A stretch of DNA of 64,000 bases, taken from NCBI GenBank assembly GCA_030704615.1, contig CM060733.1, positions 59,768,001 to 59,832,000 of the forward strand, in the 5' to 3' direction. Numbering within the stretch: position 1 is the first letter of the stretch; every line of letters begins with the position of its first letter. A program made the translations under genes and the position numbers. The notes under the pieces were generated by a model, which saw only the letters and a list, made by a program, of their open reading frames with translations, searched no databases and was not told the origin of the DNA. This document shows, piece by piece, positions 50,661-64,000 of this stretch. This DNA comes from Takakia lepidozioides. Taxonomy: Eukaryota > Plantae > Bryophyta.

Positions 50661-52918
50661 ATATCCACTGTAGATAATTATCAAAATTATTGCATGGAAA
50701 ACTTTTGGCAACACATTTTCTAATTGCATCTCAGTTAAATAGCTGAATCAGAACTTGAGCTCTTGGATTTTGAATTTCTGATCCCTAGATCTGTTGTGAC
50801 GCCAATTGAAGTCACCTTCCTCTCTCTCCATGGGGGATTTCCCATTGCGGGGAGGGTGTCCCTCCATTGTACATATGAGTTGGAAGTGCGGGTGCAGAGC
50901 AAGCCGCTCTTGCCCCAGGAGATTCTTTGAGCAGTTGACCCTTGCGTTGATTTGAAGCTCGGGGAAGAGTTGCACCTATAGAAAACCAGGCCTTTTTCCC
51001 CTTAGTCATCAGATCAAGAAAGATGTTGAATAGCACTGATCTGATGTTGGGGTCTACCCTCATGAACACAAGAGCATCTAGCTTTCCAGAGGTTCCACAA
51101 AGGTGTGTGCCCTCAGACAAGCCCACATTGGGCATGTCATGGTGCCTGAATCCCTGGAGCATTGCTTGTTTAAGTGCCAAGGTCCTAGAAGTGTTGGACA
51201 AGAGTCCTGCAGATGTTCAAGTTTATTATGGATAAATGTAGATTCCACTATTCGTAAGGAGGAGCCATACACAACTAGCCCCTTATAGTGGTTTATGAAG
51301 TTGTCCAGATTGTCAAAACTAGAAAAATGCAACTTCATGTACCTTCTCGAAACTATGTAATTACCTGAAGTACTTGGATCCTTGCCCTTTCATCTATCTC
51401 CTTCAAACTCTCTTGCAAGCCAAGTACTTTTTCCGGTCCTTGGTTTCCTGGCATGCCAAGCTCTACACTATGTGCTCACAAAGTCATTTATGGTTCACTG
51501 GGAGTGCATGAAGTGATGATACGTGTTGCTAACATAACACAACGTTTAATTACAATCAACAAACAACACTGGATTTATACATGTCAAATTTAAACCATAC
51601 TGATCCATTCACTCCACCAATCTTTGAAGCCTAGGAAATAGAAGTAACATAGCTGAATTTTCTCCAATATGTGCTAACATTCTCCACTTGCACCAGAGCC
51701 ACCCAAATGGCAGGCTCTCGCCAGCCCTTGTGAGTTAGAATCCATCTATGATAGGTTTAGCTCAAGGACTCCATTTCTTCTTCTCAACATCTTTCTCCTT
51801 TTTGCCGTTCTTCTTATCTGCAACTACTTTACTGGATCATTTGTATTAGGGAAGTTTCCCTCTAAGCTTTAGCTTGTTTTTTGCCTTTTGGTGACGGGGT
51901 AGTTTCCCCACAGTAAGCCTCCACGGTCTCCTCGGTGGTTATTTTTTCCGCCGAACAATCTTTGTACTCTTTGGACTTCTTTTAAGTCCACCTGCTGTAA
52001 AGTTAATCGAGGCCACGGGCCGTCCCTCTATCTGTAAAAGAATGTTTTTTTAAAAAAACTTGAAAATTCATCCATTTATTTTTGACATTCAATATAGAGA
52101 TGTTACCTGTGGGAGGTGTTACTTAGAGAAGGGATGTAGGTATTTTTCAAGCCAAGGAGAGGAGGTAACAACTTGGGAAACTTGGTATAACATGTGGAGA
52201 GCGATTTGTGATCACTCCTTGTCTCCTCCTTTGAATAAAGAGGAGTAAAACAAATGACCATGTAGTGGCACTAAGGGACCAAAAAAACCTCTCAACCAAT
52301 TTGCTTCAAATTGGTTCAGATATTGGTCCCTAGATGTATTTTAATATCCTAGGGACCTACAAAATGGGTGTGTGTGAAGGCCTTGGAACCAAGACCAAGA
52401 AACTTAAAATGAGGTATATCAACTTCCATCAAGTTCATCTTTCCCTCGAGACAATCAAGATTGATTCTAATGGACGGTAAGGATCATTTGAGAAAATTAC
52501 AGTTTAATGTTTCCATGCTTGGTCCGGGTCCATTGAAGAGTTGATCATGAGTCCAAACTACATGGGTTCATGTCTTGGTCTCTAGACCGACAATATCCCG
52601 CCATAGTCAATGCCACTTAGACGCTATATCATTCTCAACTTTGTTGGTCTTGGTCCATAGTGCAAAGCACATATGACCAAGAAAATGCCCTCGACCAAGA
52701 GAATCCTTGCATTTTGAGTTGGTCTTGGACCACAAAGGGGCCCTAATGCATCTTATTCTACATAAAAGTAGTCTTTGACTTTTGAGTGGTCACTAGACTT
52801 ATACTGAGTCATAGTCATACCACACTAGCCCTTTGTGTTCACCAAACCTGGTTCCCTTGGTGCGCAGTAGTGTTAGACAGTTCTACACTTTTCGACACCC
52901 TCCACATCTTACATCATG

Positions 52919-54179
52919 TATAGAGGAAAGTTCCTGCCCGAGGACTTTCCGCCGTTTAAGGATGGGCCCCGAGGGCGGTCTACGTTTTCGACACCCTCCA
53001 CATCTTACATCATGTACCGTCCCTGGACAACGGATTAGGCGATAATTAATTCAAATAAAAGTGCCTAACGAATTTTGTGAATTTTTCAGATTTAAGCCTA
53101 ATTTCGGGAAATTATGGGACCAAAGTGCCTAATGTCCAAAAATTCCACCAAAAAACTTGCAAGCCTCTTCTCATGTTGTTTGTAATAAGATCAAAATTTC
53201 TCTTGAACAAAAATCAATACAAGTATATGCGTGCGGAAATAACTTCCTACAAATCGCAATCTATTTGCGAGAGCTCCGTGTAACTTCGAAAGGTTTTTGC
53301 ATGGACTCGACGATGTCATCATACTCATCATCCTCACTAATCGTCATCATCTCTTCATCTACTTCGTCCACCACATTGAGATCGGGGATATCCTCATTTT
53401 CAATGTGCAGATTTGCAAGACATCTACACATAGTTTCCTCTACACTAAGGTCAAGGTAGATATCAGGGATACCCTCAGTGACTTGAGCATTCACGTCCAC
53501 CAAATGATCATTCACTGCAAACAAATTGGTTACAAAATTTGCTCGCATAGCTTCTCCCTGGAAAGTGTGCTCAAAAGCCCGTAAAATCCCACATTGTTCC
53601 CATTGGGCATTGGGTGTCTATTTTTGTAATTTATTCTTAAGAAAATAGATGTTTTCTCTTCTCATGGGCCTAATTCTAAAAAATTGTAGCATGCAATGCC
53701 TACTTTGAGAACCTATTTTCAAAACATGCCTAATTTTCTGATTGATTGATTTTGGATTTAGGTGCAAAAATGCCTAATCCATTGTCAAGAAATGCTCATC
53801 CCAGCGCCTATCACTCTACACCCGTCGACCGTGCTTAGGGGTTTGCGAATGGTGTGCAATGATAGGGGCAATGATACTTGGTTTTATGAAGATTATATAG
53901 GCTCGTTGTGCCCAACACTTCAATGCAGTGTATTTCTTTTTTCTTTTTAAATAGGGAAACACCTGGAGCGACAGCTCACAAATCAGGCCCCTTGTGTATT
54001 GGGTTTTGCAAATTTCGTAAATTGGGTTTTGAAGCCAACTTGCCAACCTCCCCCTAGGTCCAAATTTTGCACCATAATATGATCATATGAACAAGTTATG
54101 GCTTCTCAAAGTCTTAAATGGGCAATGATAGGTACAGTTACCCTAGCGGAAAGTCCTGGGGCAGGAACTTTCCGCTGTG
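52919..54179. mobile_element. Putative non-autonomous CMC (EnSpm/CACTA-like) element
   Basis: 34-bp inverted repeats TATAGAGGAAAGTTCCTGCCCGAGGACTTTCCGC and GCGGAAAGTCCTGGGGCAGGAACTTTCCGCTGTG (consensus 5'-CACAGCGG), with TG flanking both ends. Confidence 0.5.
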
Positions 54180-54639
54180 TGAAAATTTGCTCACCTGGTT
54201 CCACCCTCTGACACGCTGGCCTCACATCAACCCTAGATGATATGTCATCCAAGGGACAAAATTGCATCTCTCTCTGGCAATGAGGTTCCAGAAATGGAAC
54301 CACCTGTTCAACGCTCCCGCCCCCAAATGGCAGGACTGGTTCCATTCCACTTGTGCATCCTGGGGAGTTCTGCTTCAAAATGCCCTAAAAAATACAAAGG
54401 AAAATAAAGAGCAGGTTTTAGCGGTGAAAGGCCCTCTCTCACATTGCACAGCCAATCCCAACAGTCAAAAGAGAGTCCTCATAAGACCTCTTGACGTTCA
54501 TGACCTGCATGTGTTGTGAATCTTCCAGGTCGATCTTAGCCATTGGCTTGAGGCCGCATCTCACCGTCCGAATGGTGCCAACTGAGAATGTTAAATGCAG
54601 ACAGAGGCCACTTAATTACAGTGAGAAATAACATCTTTC

Positions 54640-54790
54640 GCAGTAGCCTCGCCGTGAAGGCTTTCGCGTTGGACACCCCCTAAAAGGAGAGGGGGAGAAG
54701 GACATACCACACCCCGTCAAGGTAGCAGGATTTGACCCCAAATCCATCTGGGTGCCACTCAGTGCACTATCTAACTGAGCTACTGACTGT
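54640..54790 (-). mobile_element. Degenerate tRNA-derived SINE-like element
   Basis: Minus strand has A-box TAGCTCAGTTAGATAG and B-box GGGTCAAATCC followed by TGCTACCTTG, similar to the head of the 4340 copy. Confidence 0.55.
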
Positions 54791-54994
54791 TGGTGATAAA
54801 CTTGACTCAAACTTATGACTGAGGACTCGTTTTATTTTTTTCAAAAGCACATTTATATAAATTAATTAGAAATTAAAGAAAAGGAAAGAAGGAAGAGTGT
54901 TAGAATAGCCGCAAGAGGGAGGGAATTCGAGCAGTGGCGCCATCGAGGCGAAGGGAGGCGTGGTCTTGGATTGCTGCACACCATCTCGCTCACG

Positions 54995-57900
54995 ATGCAA
55001 GTCCCGGTATGCACTCTACATGTCTCGGTCTTTCCTAATCTCTGCAATGCTGCAAAGTCTGCTAGCGGGAGTGCTTGGAATTTGCTTTGTATCGTTTGAA
55101 ATGGAGAATCTGAACGAGTCTGTTTCGTGTTTGAGTAGGAAAACTGATGGATATGTTTGGTCGGGGCATGGAAATCGGTAGAACGAGTGGCGTTTGGGAA
55201 ATTGAGGGAATGATTTGGTTTGTGTTTCCCATTCGAGTAGAGAATGTGATGGATTTTGTGATTTGGAGTTTGTGGTTGTATCGAATTGGGAATGCGTGAA
55301 TATAGTAAGTGGGAATTTCTCCTCGTCTCGTCAGTGGGAGGTCAATATCATGACTTGTTGGGATAGAAGCTGTACCCTACTGTTTTCGTTCAAGGCACTG
55401 TTTGTCCGATCATGTGCTGCCTGTTTGTCTCTGCTCGATAGGTTTTTCTTCATGTGAACGTGTTGCCCTCTTCTAGATCTCCTTTACAGCATTGTGAGGT
55501 TTTCCTTCAACAAAGGGGTGTTTCAGGGGTTTTAGGCTGTCCCAGCATTTTTCTCTATTAGGAGCTTCATAAGTCTGTCTTGATTGCTGCTGTTCACTTT
55601 GGAGTTTTGTGGAAGTGCTTCCGGTCATTCAGATTACACTGGAGGCTCTCATAGAGACTTTTCTTTTATTTTTTCTGACTTAGGGTGGTTGTTGTCCCCA
55701 TACTGATTTTGTGGTTTAGCATGGATTGCAATACTTCTGGCTTTATGTGCTTTACTAACCATGGTATTTATTGCTCCCAATATTTGACAAACAAAATCTT
55801 CTATCCACGTCTTGAACCCATCCTATCAAGCAAGAAGATGTAGACAGTGTACTAAAGGTTGTTGTGGCATGGAAAACCTAGGTGGAAGAAGAGGATGAAT
55901 TTGAGCCTTTGTTTGACTATGGCAAGAGTCAACAATCTCCGATTCTGCTGGATGATGGTAAGTGTTTTGCCTGACTTACCAGGTGAATTATTGGTTGAAA
56001 TGCCTCCCTCCTGTCAGAGAAGTATGGACAATAATGCCTCTTGTTCACTTGCCAGCTGCACATTTGGTCCTCGACTGCTGAAGTGTCCCAATACCAGAAT
56101 TCAATGTACTAGAATGTTACTTTACTTGCATACCTGGCAATTTTGTATCCCAGGCCATCTGTAACTCCCTGCTTGGTCCTAGGCGTGTTGCATATGTGGT
56201 GTGCAGGTCACAGCTACACAGCCTCCTTTGTCTTACATAAACCATCTATTGTTTGACGAGTCAGAACACAACCGGGTCACCAGCCTTCATTTCTTGCAAA
56301 GTCTCAGAACCACACCCTGAACACTCTCAAGTCATGTTCACCCTGTGTAGAAAGGAAAGGAAAGTGTGGTGTGTTGAATGTCCAGTGACTTTACCGTGCC
56401 TAACGCTCTTAGCACAGCCCAAAGGGCCCCTGGACAATTGGAGGGACTGAACCCAGAATCACACCATGTGGAAAACTGAGAATGTTTTACTGTAGCATAA
56501 GAACTGCTTGTAAAGGGCACTGGGGGTTTTGGGGGGTCTGGCTCCTCTTTTAAAATGTTGAGTCTCTCATTGTTTTGGTCCACCTTCTGAGAATTTGCAG
56601 CTGCGACCACTGGTGTGTTGCTCAGGGCTCCCATGTATGCTGTGCCCTAGCAGTTTATATGTAAAGCCTCTCTTATACACAGGCTTTTGTCTCTGCAAAC
56701 ATGCCTTTGTATTTATTTTGAGTACTTCAAAGTTTGACTTCACAATGTATGGTTCTGTGCATGTTTGTGTGGTCACTTACGCATGGGCTAGTTATCCTGA
56801 CTGATATTGCAATTGAGCAGACGATGATGAAGAAGAAGATGTTGTTGTGATTGGACAGAGATATGGAACCAAGCGCTGTGCTGCAAGCATGCTTGGGAAG
56901 GTTGCTCTCAGTACCCTAGTTTTGGAGTGCACACTGCTAGAGAAATCTTCTCGTTGTGACCATCATTAGTCATTGTATAATGTTTCATAGAACACACATT
57001 AAGGCACATATACTGGGTAGGTCAGGTTCATGATTATATGGAAAATGTGCAGGCATTGATGATAATGCTAAACAATGTATTGCCATGGATTGGACCTGGT
57101 CCATGGTGTACAGGTAAGCAGTACAGAACCAGCATCCACAGAGGAGTCAGAACCTGTAATCAAGGTGGTCAGTAACGATGAGGATTGGCTTCCCTCACCT
57201 CCCAAGTGTGTCAGGGTGGCAGCTCCCAGTGTGTCTGCAGTATCCACACTGTCTCAGCTGAGGTAACTTGTACTGTTGAAACTGCTTTAACCTTCTTTTT
57301 GTTTTGAATTGGATGGGAATGGTCGTGAAGTTTGATGTATCCTCATCTACTTGGGGACCACTTCAAATTTAACTTGGTGATGTATAGCACAGGTCTTCCT
57401 GAAGTCTAAACAGATGTGTAAACACATTGTTAGAGCTGTTAGACTAATATGAACTTGGAATGCAAACTGCCTGTTCCGTTGTACATTTTTTCCTGTTGTT
57501 TCCAGCAAATGCTTTCAATTTTGCATTATGTTGTTGGGTTGTGCTGGTATCCGTTGTACAGACAAAAGAGAGTGGAGCTGCTTCAAGCATCAGAGGGAGC
57601 TCTTAGGAGGGCTGAGCAGCTTGCGAAACTTGCAACATTGGAAGCACGGATTAGAAACGAACAATTAGACAATGCTTCGATCATGAAGAAGACAGCGAGT
57701 TTAGGTGGTCAAACAAAGACTACGGATTTTACTGGAGTTGCAAGAGGCCCGAAAGTGGTGCTAAGGGTGCAAGACAAGAATGGAGTTGTCCATCCCATTC
57801 GGATATTCATGGTATGCGAGCAGTTTGAGAGCATTAGCCTTTCTTAGTATTCTGCAAAGCAGATGAGGGATCAAATGTCAAAGTGGTGTAGCACCAAGAA

Positions 57901-58434
57901 CACTGTGCATAGCTTTAAGGGTTTTCCTTCATAACCATTGTGTTGGATGGATCCTGAAAGAGAGGAGTCCAGCAGCGCAGATCAGTCAATTAAAATCAAC
58001 TTAATTTGTATGAAGGTGACAAAATTTCTTGTCTTTGAGCTAACTCTGAGCTTTGATTCAAGAGCTTCCACACACATTTAGTCTCATAAGCATGGTTACT
58101 TTCCACTCACACAAGAATGAAAAAAGGTGTATTATTTGTTCGTATATCTTTGTAGACTTGGCTAGTGTCTCAAAATGAGAATATGTCTGCCTGAATACAC
58201 TGAACACTGCTGTGTGATATTATGGTCGCGGGTGTTATTGGACAGAGTGACCCGTTTGAGAAGCTTTCCACGGTATATGCAAAAGAGGTTGGGGGTTCAA
58301 GTGCAAATTATGTTTTTCGGTTTGATGGGGACCGGATTGCTCCTAATGCCACACCCAAGGACTTGGACATGGAAGATGACGATGTTGTCGAGGTGTATGA
58401 GGAGAATACGGGCGAAAGTTCCCAACAGTCTTGA
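54995..58434 (+). CDS. RENi-family (Rad60/Esc2/NIP45) SUMO-like domain protein
   Basis: Exons at about 54995-55006 (MQVP), 55882-55957 (EEEDEFEPLFDY), 56821-56900, 57113-57262, 57562-57811 and 58246-58434. C-terminal SUMO-like fold KVVLRVQDK...DPFEKL...YVFRFDGDRIAPNATPKDLDMEDDDVVEV with no di-Gly. Confidence 0.85.
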
Positions 58435-59708
58435 CTTGGTGGTTGACTTTGGACAGCTTCAAGATCCAAACATTTTGCTACTCTGTATATCAATTGAGAG
58501 TGTGACTGCCAGCCACTCAATAGTTGTGCACTACCTGCAACCGGTGGTCTACAGATGGCTAGCTGGTGTCTAAACATTTAGTTAGAAATTGATGTTGCAA
58601 ATGTATTCATTTTACTACCATCAGCAAGCATGTACTTGTAGTTACTGCAAGTCAGATTGGCTAGGTCTGCAGGATTCAATGGTCAGCCCTGGTGACCACG
58701 CAATAGCGAGTTCCAACGTGATTTTCAGGCTCTTGGGTCCAACATGGGCCCAAAAATCAGGACCCAGAGGATCTCCGCCTGCAAAAAGACATCTGATCTT
58801 GACATGAGATGCCTTTGGGCATGAGATACATATCAATCTATGCATCTCAGCCTCTTTGCAGGCGTACGAGGAGCAGGATGACCTCTGCCTCTGCAGGTCC
58901 ATCTTGTAGAAGTAAAATCTTTTGTGTCTGCGAACACTAGCCTTAGCAGACGACCACAAATTCAAGTTTCTCTTGTTCCTGAGATAATAAAATGTCTGCC
59001 CGGTTCATGTGCTACCTGAATATTGCAGTGTTCTATCTTCATAGGCTTAGTGAGAGATTGCTGTATGACTAAGTTGGAATTGTGGATTTGGCCCACATCC
59101 AACAGTCCAAGTGCTTGTAAAATCATATTGAAACATGTGACAGTCATTCACAGCTGTTGGAGTCTGGTACAAACAGCTTTCTTTCAAATGCAGTTCTCTG
59201 AGATCCATTCGCACTGATTTCACAAGATAGTTCTGTTTATTCATTCATCACCTTACCAATTACAGAGCTGAACATGTGCCTCTCCATGCAGCTCGTCTCC
59301 ACCACAGTACCTTGCATGACATCATCACTGCTTCAAGACCTAACGCTGTAGATTGCAATGATGTATATAGCAGGGCTTCCCATGTTGTCAGAGTAGGGAA
59401 GAGAGGTCTGGATCTGAAAGCATATGAGAGTCCTGGAGACTTCAGAAGACTTCCAGGATTCCCAGAGAGGGCTGTGGTGTGGAAGAAGAACTTTTCATCC
59501 GTCTTCAGTGCTTACATCCGTCTGCAGTGCTGAGAATTTCAGGCCGCCAGGAGTTGCTGAGGTGGTTTAGGATTTCAAGCATCTGGATGTGTGCATGTTT
59601 GTATCTGGTGTATTGAAGCTCGCAGGGCGGGTGGATTTCTGATACGTAGGTTAGTGCAGTGAGATCTGAGCACGAAGCATCCGGGAGAAAGGGGAGGAGG
59701 AGGCAGCG

Positions 59709-62700
59709 ATGATACTCATGGAGGGGCAATCACGAGTGCTGCTGCAAATTCTGCTTACACGCCTCCGCAAGTATGCACCCATCGATTTAGGCTTTTCACA
59801 TTTTGTTTAGCATGGGGTTGTCTTCGAGGTCACTAACTACCAACCCCAGAAGTTTGCATGCAGTGAAGTGTAGTGCAGATGTTACCGTTTTCTCAGCTGT
59901 AATTAGCCGGGCAGGTGTGAACATCGAGTCGTTGGTGATTGTTTCGAACCCATTGTGGGATCAGCTGGGTCTGGGGTTATATTGGCTTTTGTGGATGACT
60001 CAATCTCATACTCGTGGCAGTATATGCTCATCGGTGATTTCTCACAGTATTATATCTTATGAGCTTTTCTGTAGTGAATGTACGGTGGGAGGAATTGGAG
60101 TAGGTCAAGCACAGAATCTTTTGGAAACTTGCAGTATCCCTAAATCTTACATAAGAATGACTCTGGCGATGTTGTAGTCTGGACAAGCCTGCGGAAGTGG
60201 ACTTCCATCTAGTGGAGTTTGATGATGTGCGGTATCATATCCAGGTGGTGTTCCTGCTCCTTATTCTGTCCTCAAAACGGTAGAGTGTTGAACTCTTTCA
60301 ATCGTCAGGTGCTCCAAGAGTCGCCAAGCTCATGAGGCATTTGTCTACTTTGTGGTGGGGCATCAAAAGTTGCAATGAAGCCACTCAATTACTCTCTATG
60401 CTGTTGTATAAATCTTAGGTTTGGTTTACAATGCTCATGACTGTTTCTATGTTTTCCACATGTTCCTAAAAGAAGGAATCAGTTTTATTTTACCCTGGCT
60501 TCCAATGGTGCTACCATGTGTGGGGGCTGATTGAGTGACCTCCATGCACTGCAGGCTTCAGTAAAGGATTCACAACACATGCTACTGTCAATAGCTCTGC
60601 CACCACCGCCTCCAGAGACTGTTTTGTCTGGTGGCCTTCCATTTGGTGCCATGGAGGCCGTTCGAGTTGCATATGGAGCACTTATTCAAGTGGTGGAACC
60701 TGCGGAATCTGGCTTCCATCTCACAATTCAGTTGGATCTAAGCAAAATTGCAGCAAGTGAGGGTACGATTGTGAGATCTGTGGGGCCTCATTGTTCTGCT
60801 CTTCGTTCTTCCTAGTTGGTGTCTGGCTTTGCTAAGGCCGCTCCTAGGGCCATGCTTGAGCATGTATACATTAGAACTATGCCAGAAGTTGTAGCGACTG
60901 TGTTCTCTGTGCTAGGACTGAAAGTAAGATTTTAAACCTCATGGTTTTATTTCTTATTTTTCTGGAAGGAAAGAAACACATTTTCCTTGCCAAAAGAAGC
61001 CAAAGGAAGTCCATGTGGGCCAAGCCTCAAATGCTCTGTGCCAACTAGATAGGGGATACCTCTTGTGTAAGTGAATCTTGATTCTGAAGGTTGAGCAGAC
61101 TGTGGATGGAGCTTCAGGCCTAGGTGTATTGAGCATACTGTATGCAGGCAGGGTAATTGTGTTCATCTGGAATTGGAGCTTCTTGTTGCCTGTCCTTTTC
61201 CACCATCCACTGTACACTGCTCATTCCTTTGTTAAGAGAAGGGCATTTGTACTAAGAATTGACTATTAGAGAGCAGACTTATTTTGCCGATATTGCTGGA
61301 TCAAGGATGCAGGAATAGGAGCAATGTGAAGTAGCAAGAAATGTCTAGAGGCCTGAGTAGCAAAGGCACAAAAACTCAGAGTCTGTAAATCTGGGATTTG
61401 GGGTGTAGCTCAAATGGTGGCGATGCTTCTCATGTTTAGCTGCAAAGTGACTTGGTACTAAGATGTACACTAGGATGGCCCACTTGTGTATCGTGGGATT
61501 CTGTTTTGAGAGATCTTTGAAAATTTAGGTTGGCTTGGCCATCTTATCAAAATTTCTTTGTTGTTCTAGACAGTGAATAAGAGTGCACTAAAGATTTAAG
61601 GTGCTCTCCAATGCAGTAGACAGGTGGGGGATGTCGCAGCTTACAGTCAAGGGGTTTTGGGCAGTGGAGCAGGTGCAGCAGATGACGAGAGTGGCTGCGC
61701 TGCGGACCACAGTGCTAGGAGCACCACTACGAGAGATATTGAAGCATCTGGCTTCCAGGAATGTTGCACCTGATGCTGACCGCCTCATTGCCCTTATGCA
61801 CCGTCCAAAACAATCTTATTTCCTCATTCCACAGGTGTTCTTACCCTCATTTTCCTTCTTGCTCATTTTGTATGTAGATGTGTATGAAGCCTTGGCACGT
61901 CCTTTGCATGATCCTGTTTACTAATTTTCAATAGGTACAAAGCTCATGAATGTGGAAACAACCTGTAACAATTTACTGTGCCAAAGGATCTTTCACATTT
62001 CATTCATGGGTTTGGGAATAAGTTACGGGTTTCACTCGTCCACAAGTGTTTTCTCTATTCAGTTGTCAGTTGGTGTCTGTTTAGCTTTAACCCCACCTTC
62101 CACCTATTGGAGGTTGTGGAATGGCAGACTTAATCTATCTTTGCATTGCAAGTGACACGATGCAAATTGGTGGCAGGCTGAAAAAGTGACAGTTGTGTTT
62201 CCAATGCGATACAAGGACAGCAATGATATCATTCTTGCAACTTCATTTCTGCAGGTGAAAGTCAGCTTCTGGAGAACACATTTTTTCTGCCACTGGGGTC
62301 TATGACATGCTACAATCTATAAGTCGCGGTGGACCAGAATCCACGGTATTATGTGTTAGATGAGATCAAGGACAATGGACATTCTTTAACAATCAGGTCG
62401 TGTGTACTAGAATGACTACTACATTGGCCTTGTGTTTACTTGTGAGCATCCGTACGTAATGCATCTCATCATGATCCTATCTTGGGTGGCCAGTAGATTC
62501 TTGGCTCAAGGGTGGAAGTTAGAGACCTTTTTATTGCTGCCATCTCACCATGGTGGCAACTTGGAGCGTGAGACAGTTGACAGTGTTGTGGGAGGTTTAG
62601 TATGTTCACACTGCATAGGAGGGTGGGTGGTGGGAGGCAGGAGTTCATGGAGGCTAGGCGGTCAGCAGGACTGAGTACAGCACCTCCTTGCTTATGGTCG

Positions 62701-63827
62701 CCAATTCCACCTCTTGAACTGAAAGGAGCACCAGCCCATGCATTGGATGCCAACTCTGGTTTTGTTTCTTTTGGTACTTCCCTCGGGACTTTAAAGTTCA
62801 GGCAATGACGAGTTGTTTTGATCTGGAGATGATAGTTCCAATCTCATTCTGCCAATGTTACAGATATCACAGCCATTTATGTTATCTTGGCTGGTTAGTC
62901 TCTCCTATGCATTCTTTAGGCCCAATTGTATCTTGAGAGTCTTAATTATATGTATGCAAAATGTGGTCGTTGCCTGACTCTGCTGGTTCATGCAATAAAA
63001 CACATGCTCTGTTGATCATGTACTTTGTGATGGTGCCTGTAGTAATCTTCCCCCGCCATGTTGAGGGTGACAAGCTGGATAAGATAGTTTGGAACCTTTC
63101 GACGTTTTATGCTTATGTCAGTTACCATATAAAGGTACACCAAGTCACTGACCCGCTCTTGGTAATGAAATTGAGATGCGTTGGGGCATTTAACCCCACC
63201 ACTGTTGCCAGGCCTCTCAGAGGCGAGAAGAGATCGGAAGACTCTATATCGTCCGTCACAATGCGAGTGTCTTCCTCCATCCTCCATTCTTTGTTACCTT
63301 ATTAGGTCGTAAGTTATGCTCCTGGCATGTCACACATATTGCCAGTTTCAGTGACACATTCTAAACTAGTGGTTTGAAGTCCTGGAGAATCAAGCGCATG
63401 GGAGAAACATGTGTAGTATAGATCAAAAAACAGTCAAAATTGTGGTTTCCGTGAAAAGTGATGCATCCTGTGCCTGTCTGACCTGAATACTGTACGGATT
63501 GTTGGAAGTTTGACTACCTCTTGTTTTTCTCAATGGCTGTAGAAAATGTGTCTAACATCTGTTTGGCATCCCTCTTGTGTTTTCAGTGCTCTAAGGCTTT
63601 CATGCACACTCGAATGCGAAGACGAGTGGAAACATTAATACAGGTACAATGAAGCTTCCTTCTCGCAGAGTGTGTTGCTGATTTCAAATGGGCATCGTGA
63701 CTGTGTTTGTATGGAAAGCAATATGAAGTCAATGTTGGGTGTTATGCAGGCACTGAATAGAGCAAAACCTGAAGTTGAGAAGAAGAAAAAAACTGCACAA
63801 GGTCGCAGTTTCAAGCGTTCTGTATAG
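59709..63827 (+). CDS. ARPC2: Arp2/3 complex 34-kDa subunit, 9 exons
   Basis: MILMEGQSRVLLQ, VEFDDVRYHIQ, LPPPPPE..GLPFGAMEAV, LGAPLREILKHLAS, VTVVFPMRYKDSNDIILATSFLQEFMEARR, NSGFVSFVIFPRHVEG, YVSYHIKCSKAFMHTRMRRRV and ALNRAKPE...GRSFKR. Confidence 0.95.
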
Positions 63828-64000
63828 ACCCAAAGCAAAATGTGGTAAATACTGGTTGCTGATGATTTGCGCCACAAGCCCCTGTCCCCACTTCAATTAA
63901 GGATTCATGGTGGAACAACAATTCCACATCATTGGAGAAATTGGAGAAAGGACCTCACTATGTGCCGCTGCATTGAGCGTTGTGCAGCATCAGCATGCAA

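Noticed and set aside
49730-51480. Possible LINE remnants (poly-T tract and decayed minus-strand ORFs)
   Set aside because: No diagnostic RT or endonuclease motif could be read, so it is too degenerate to call.
45500-58434. SUMO protease near a SUMO-like gene as a functional cluster
   Set aside because: The protease is decayed cargo inside a TSD-bounded transposon, and the SUMO-like protein has no di-Gly to process. The proximity is most likely chance.
61400-61440. tRNA-Ala-like 5' end GGGGTGTAGCTCAAATGG in an ARPC2 intron
   Set aside because: No T-arm/B-box or acceptor-stem partner follows.

Overview
This is a gene-rich eukaryotic window from a land plant, most consistent with a bryophyte or other non-seed plant (inferred from intron style, a DYW remnant and a TRPC4AP gene). 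It holds six spliced host genes: SWI3D-like (runs off the left edge), a TRPC4AP/TRUSS orthologue, plastid-type ferroportin IREG3/MAR1, an ACR9/10-like ACT-repeat gene with three apparent frameshifts, a RENi-family (Rad60/Esc2/NIP45) SUMO-like protein, and ARPC2. Two intergenic islands (about 4.3-15.2 kb and 37.7-54.8 kb) are rich in transposons. They contain a non-autonomous piggyBac-like element (17-bp TIRs, TTAA duplication) nested in a Copia remnant and a Helentron-like relic (OTU + helicase tail + AP-endonuclease). They also contain an 8.7-kb Mutator-like element with long GC-rich TIRs, a 9-bp TSD, a truncated transposase and a convergent Ulp1-protease-domain gene. hAT and Mutator MITEs, a putative CMC element, tRNA-derived SINE-like repeats and a DYW pseudogene fragment are also present. 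All family assignments come from motif recognition by eye; no database searches were run, and exon boundaries are approximate.
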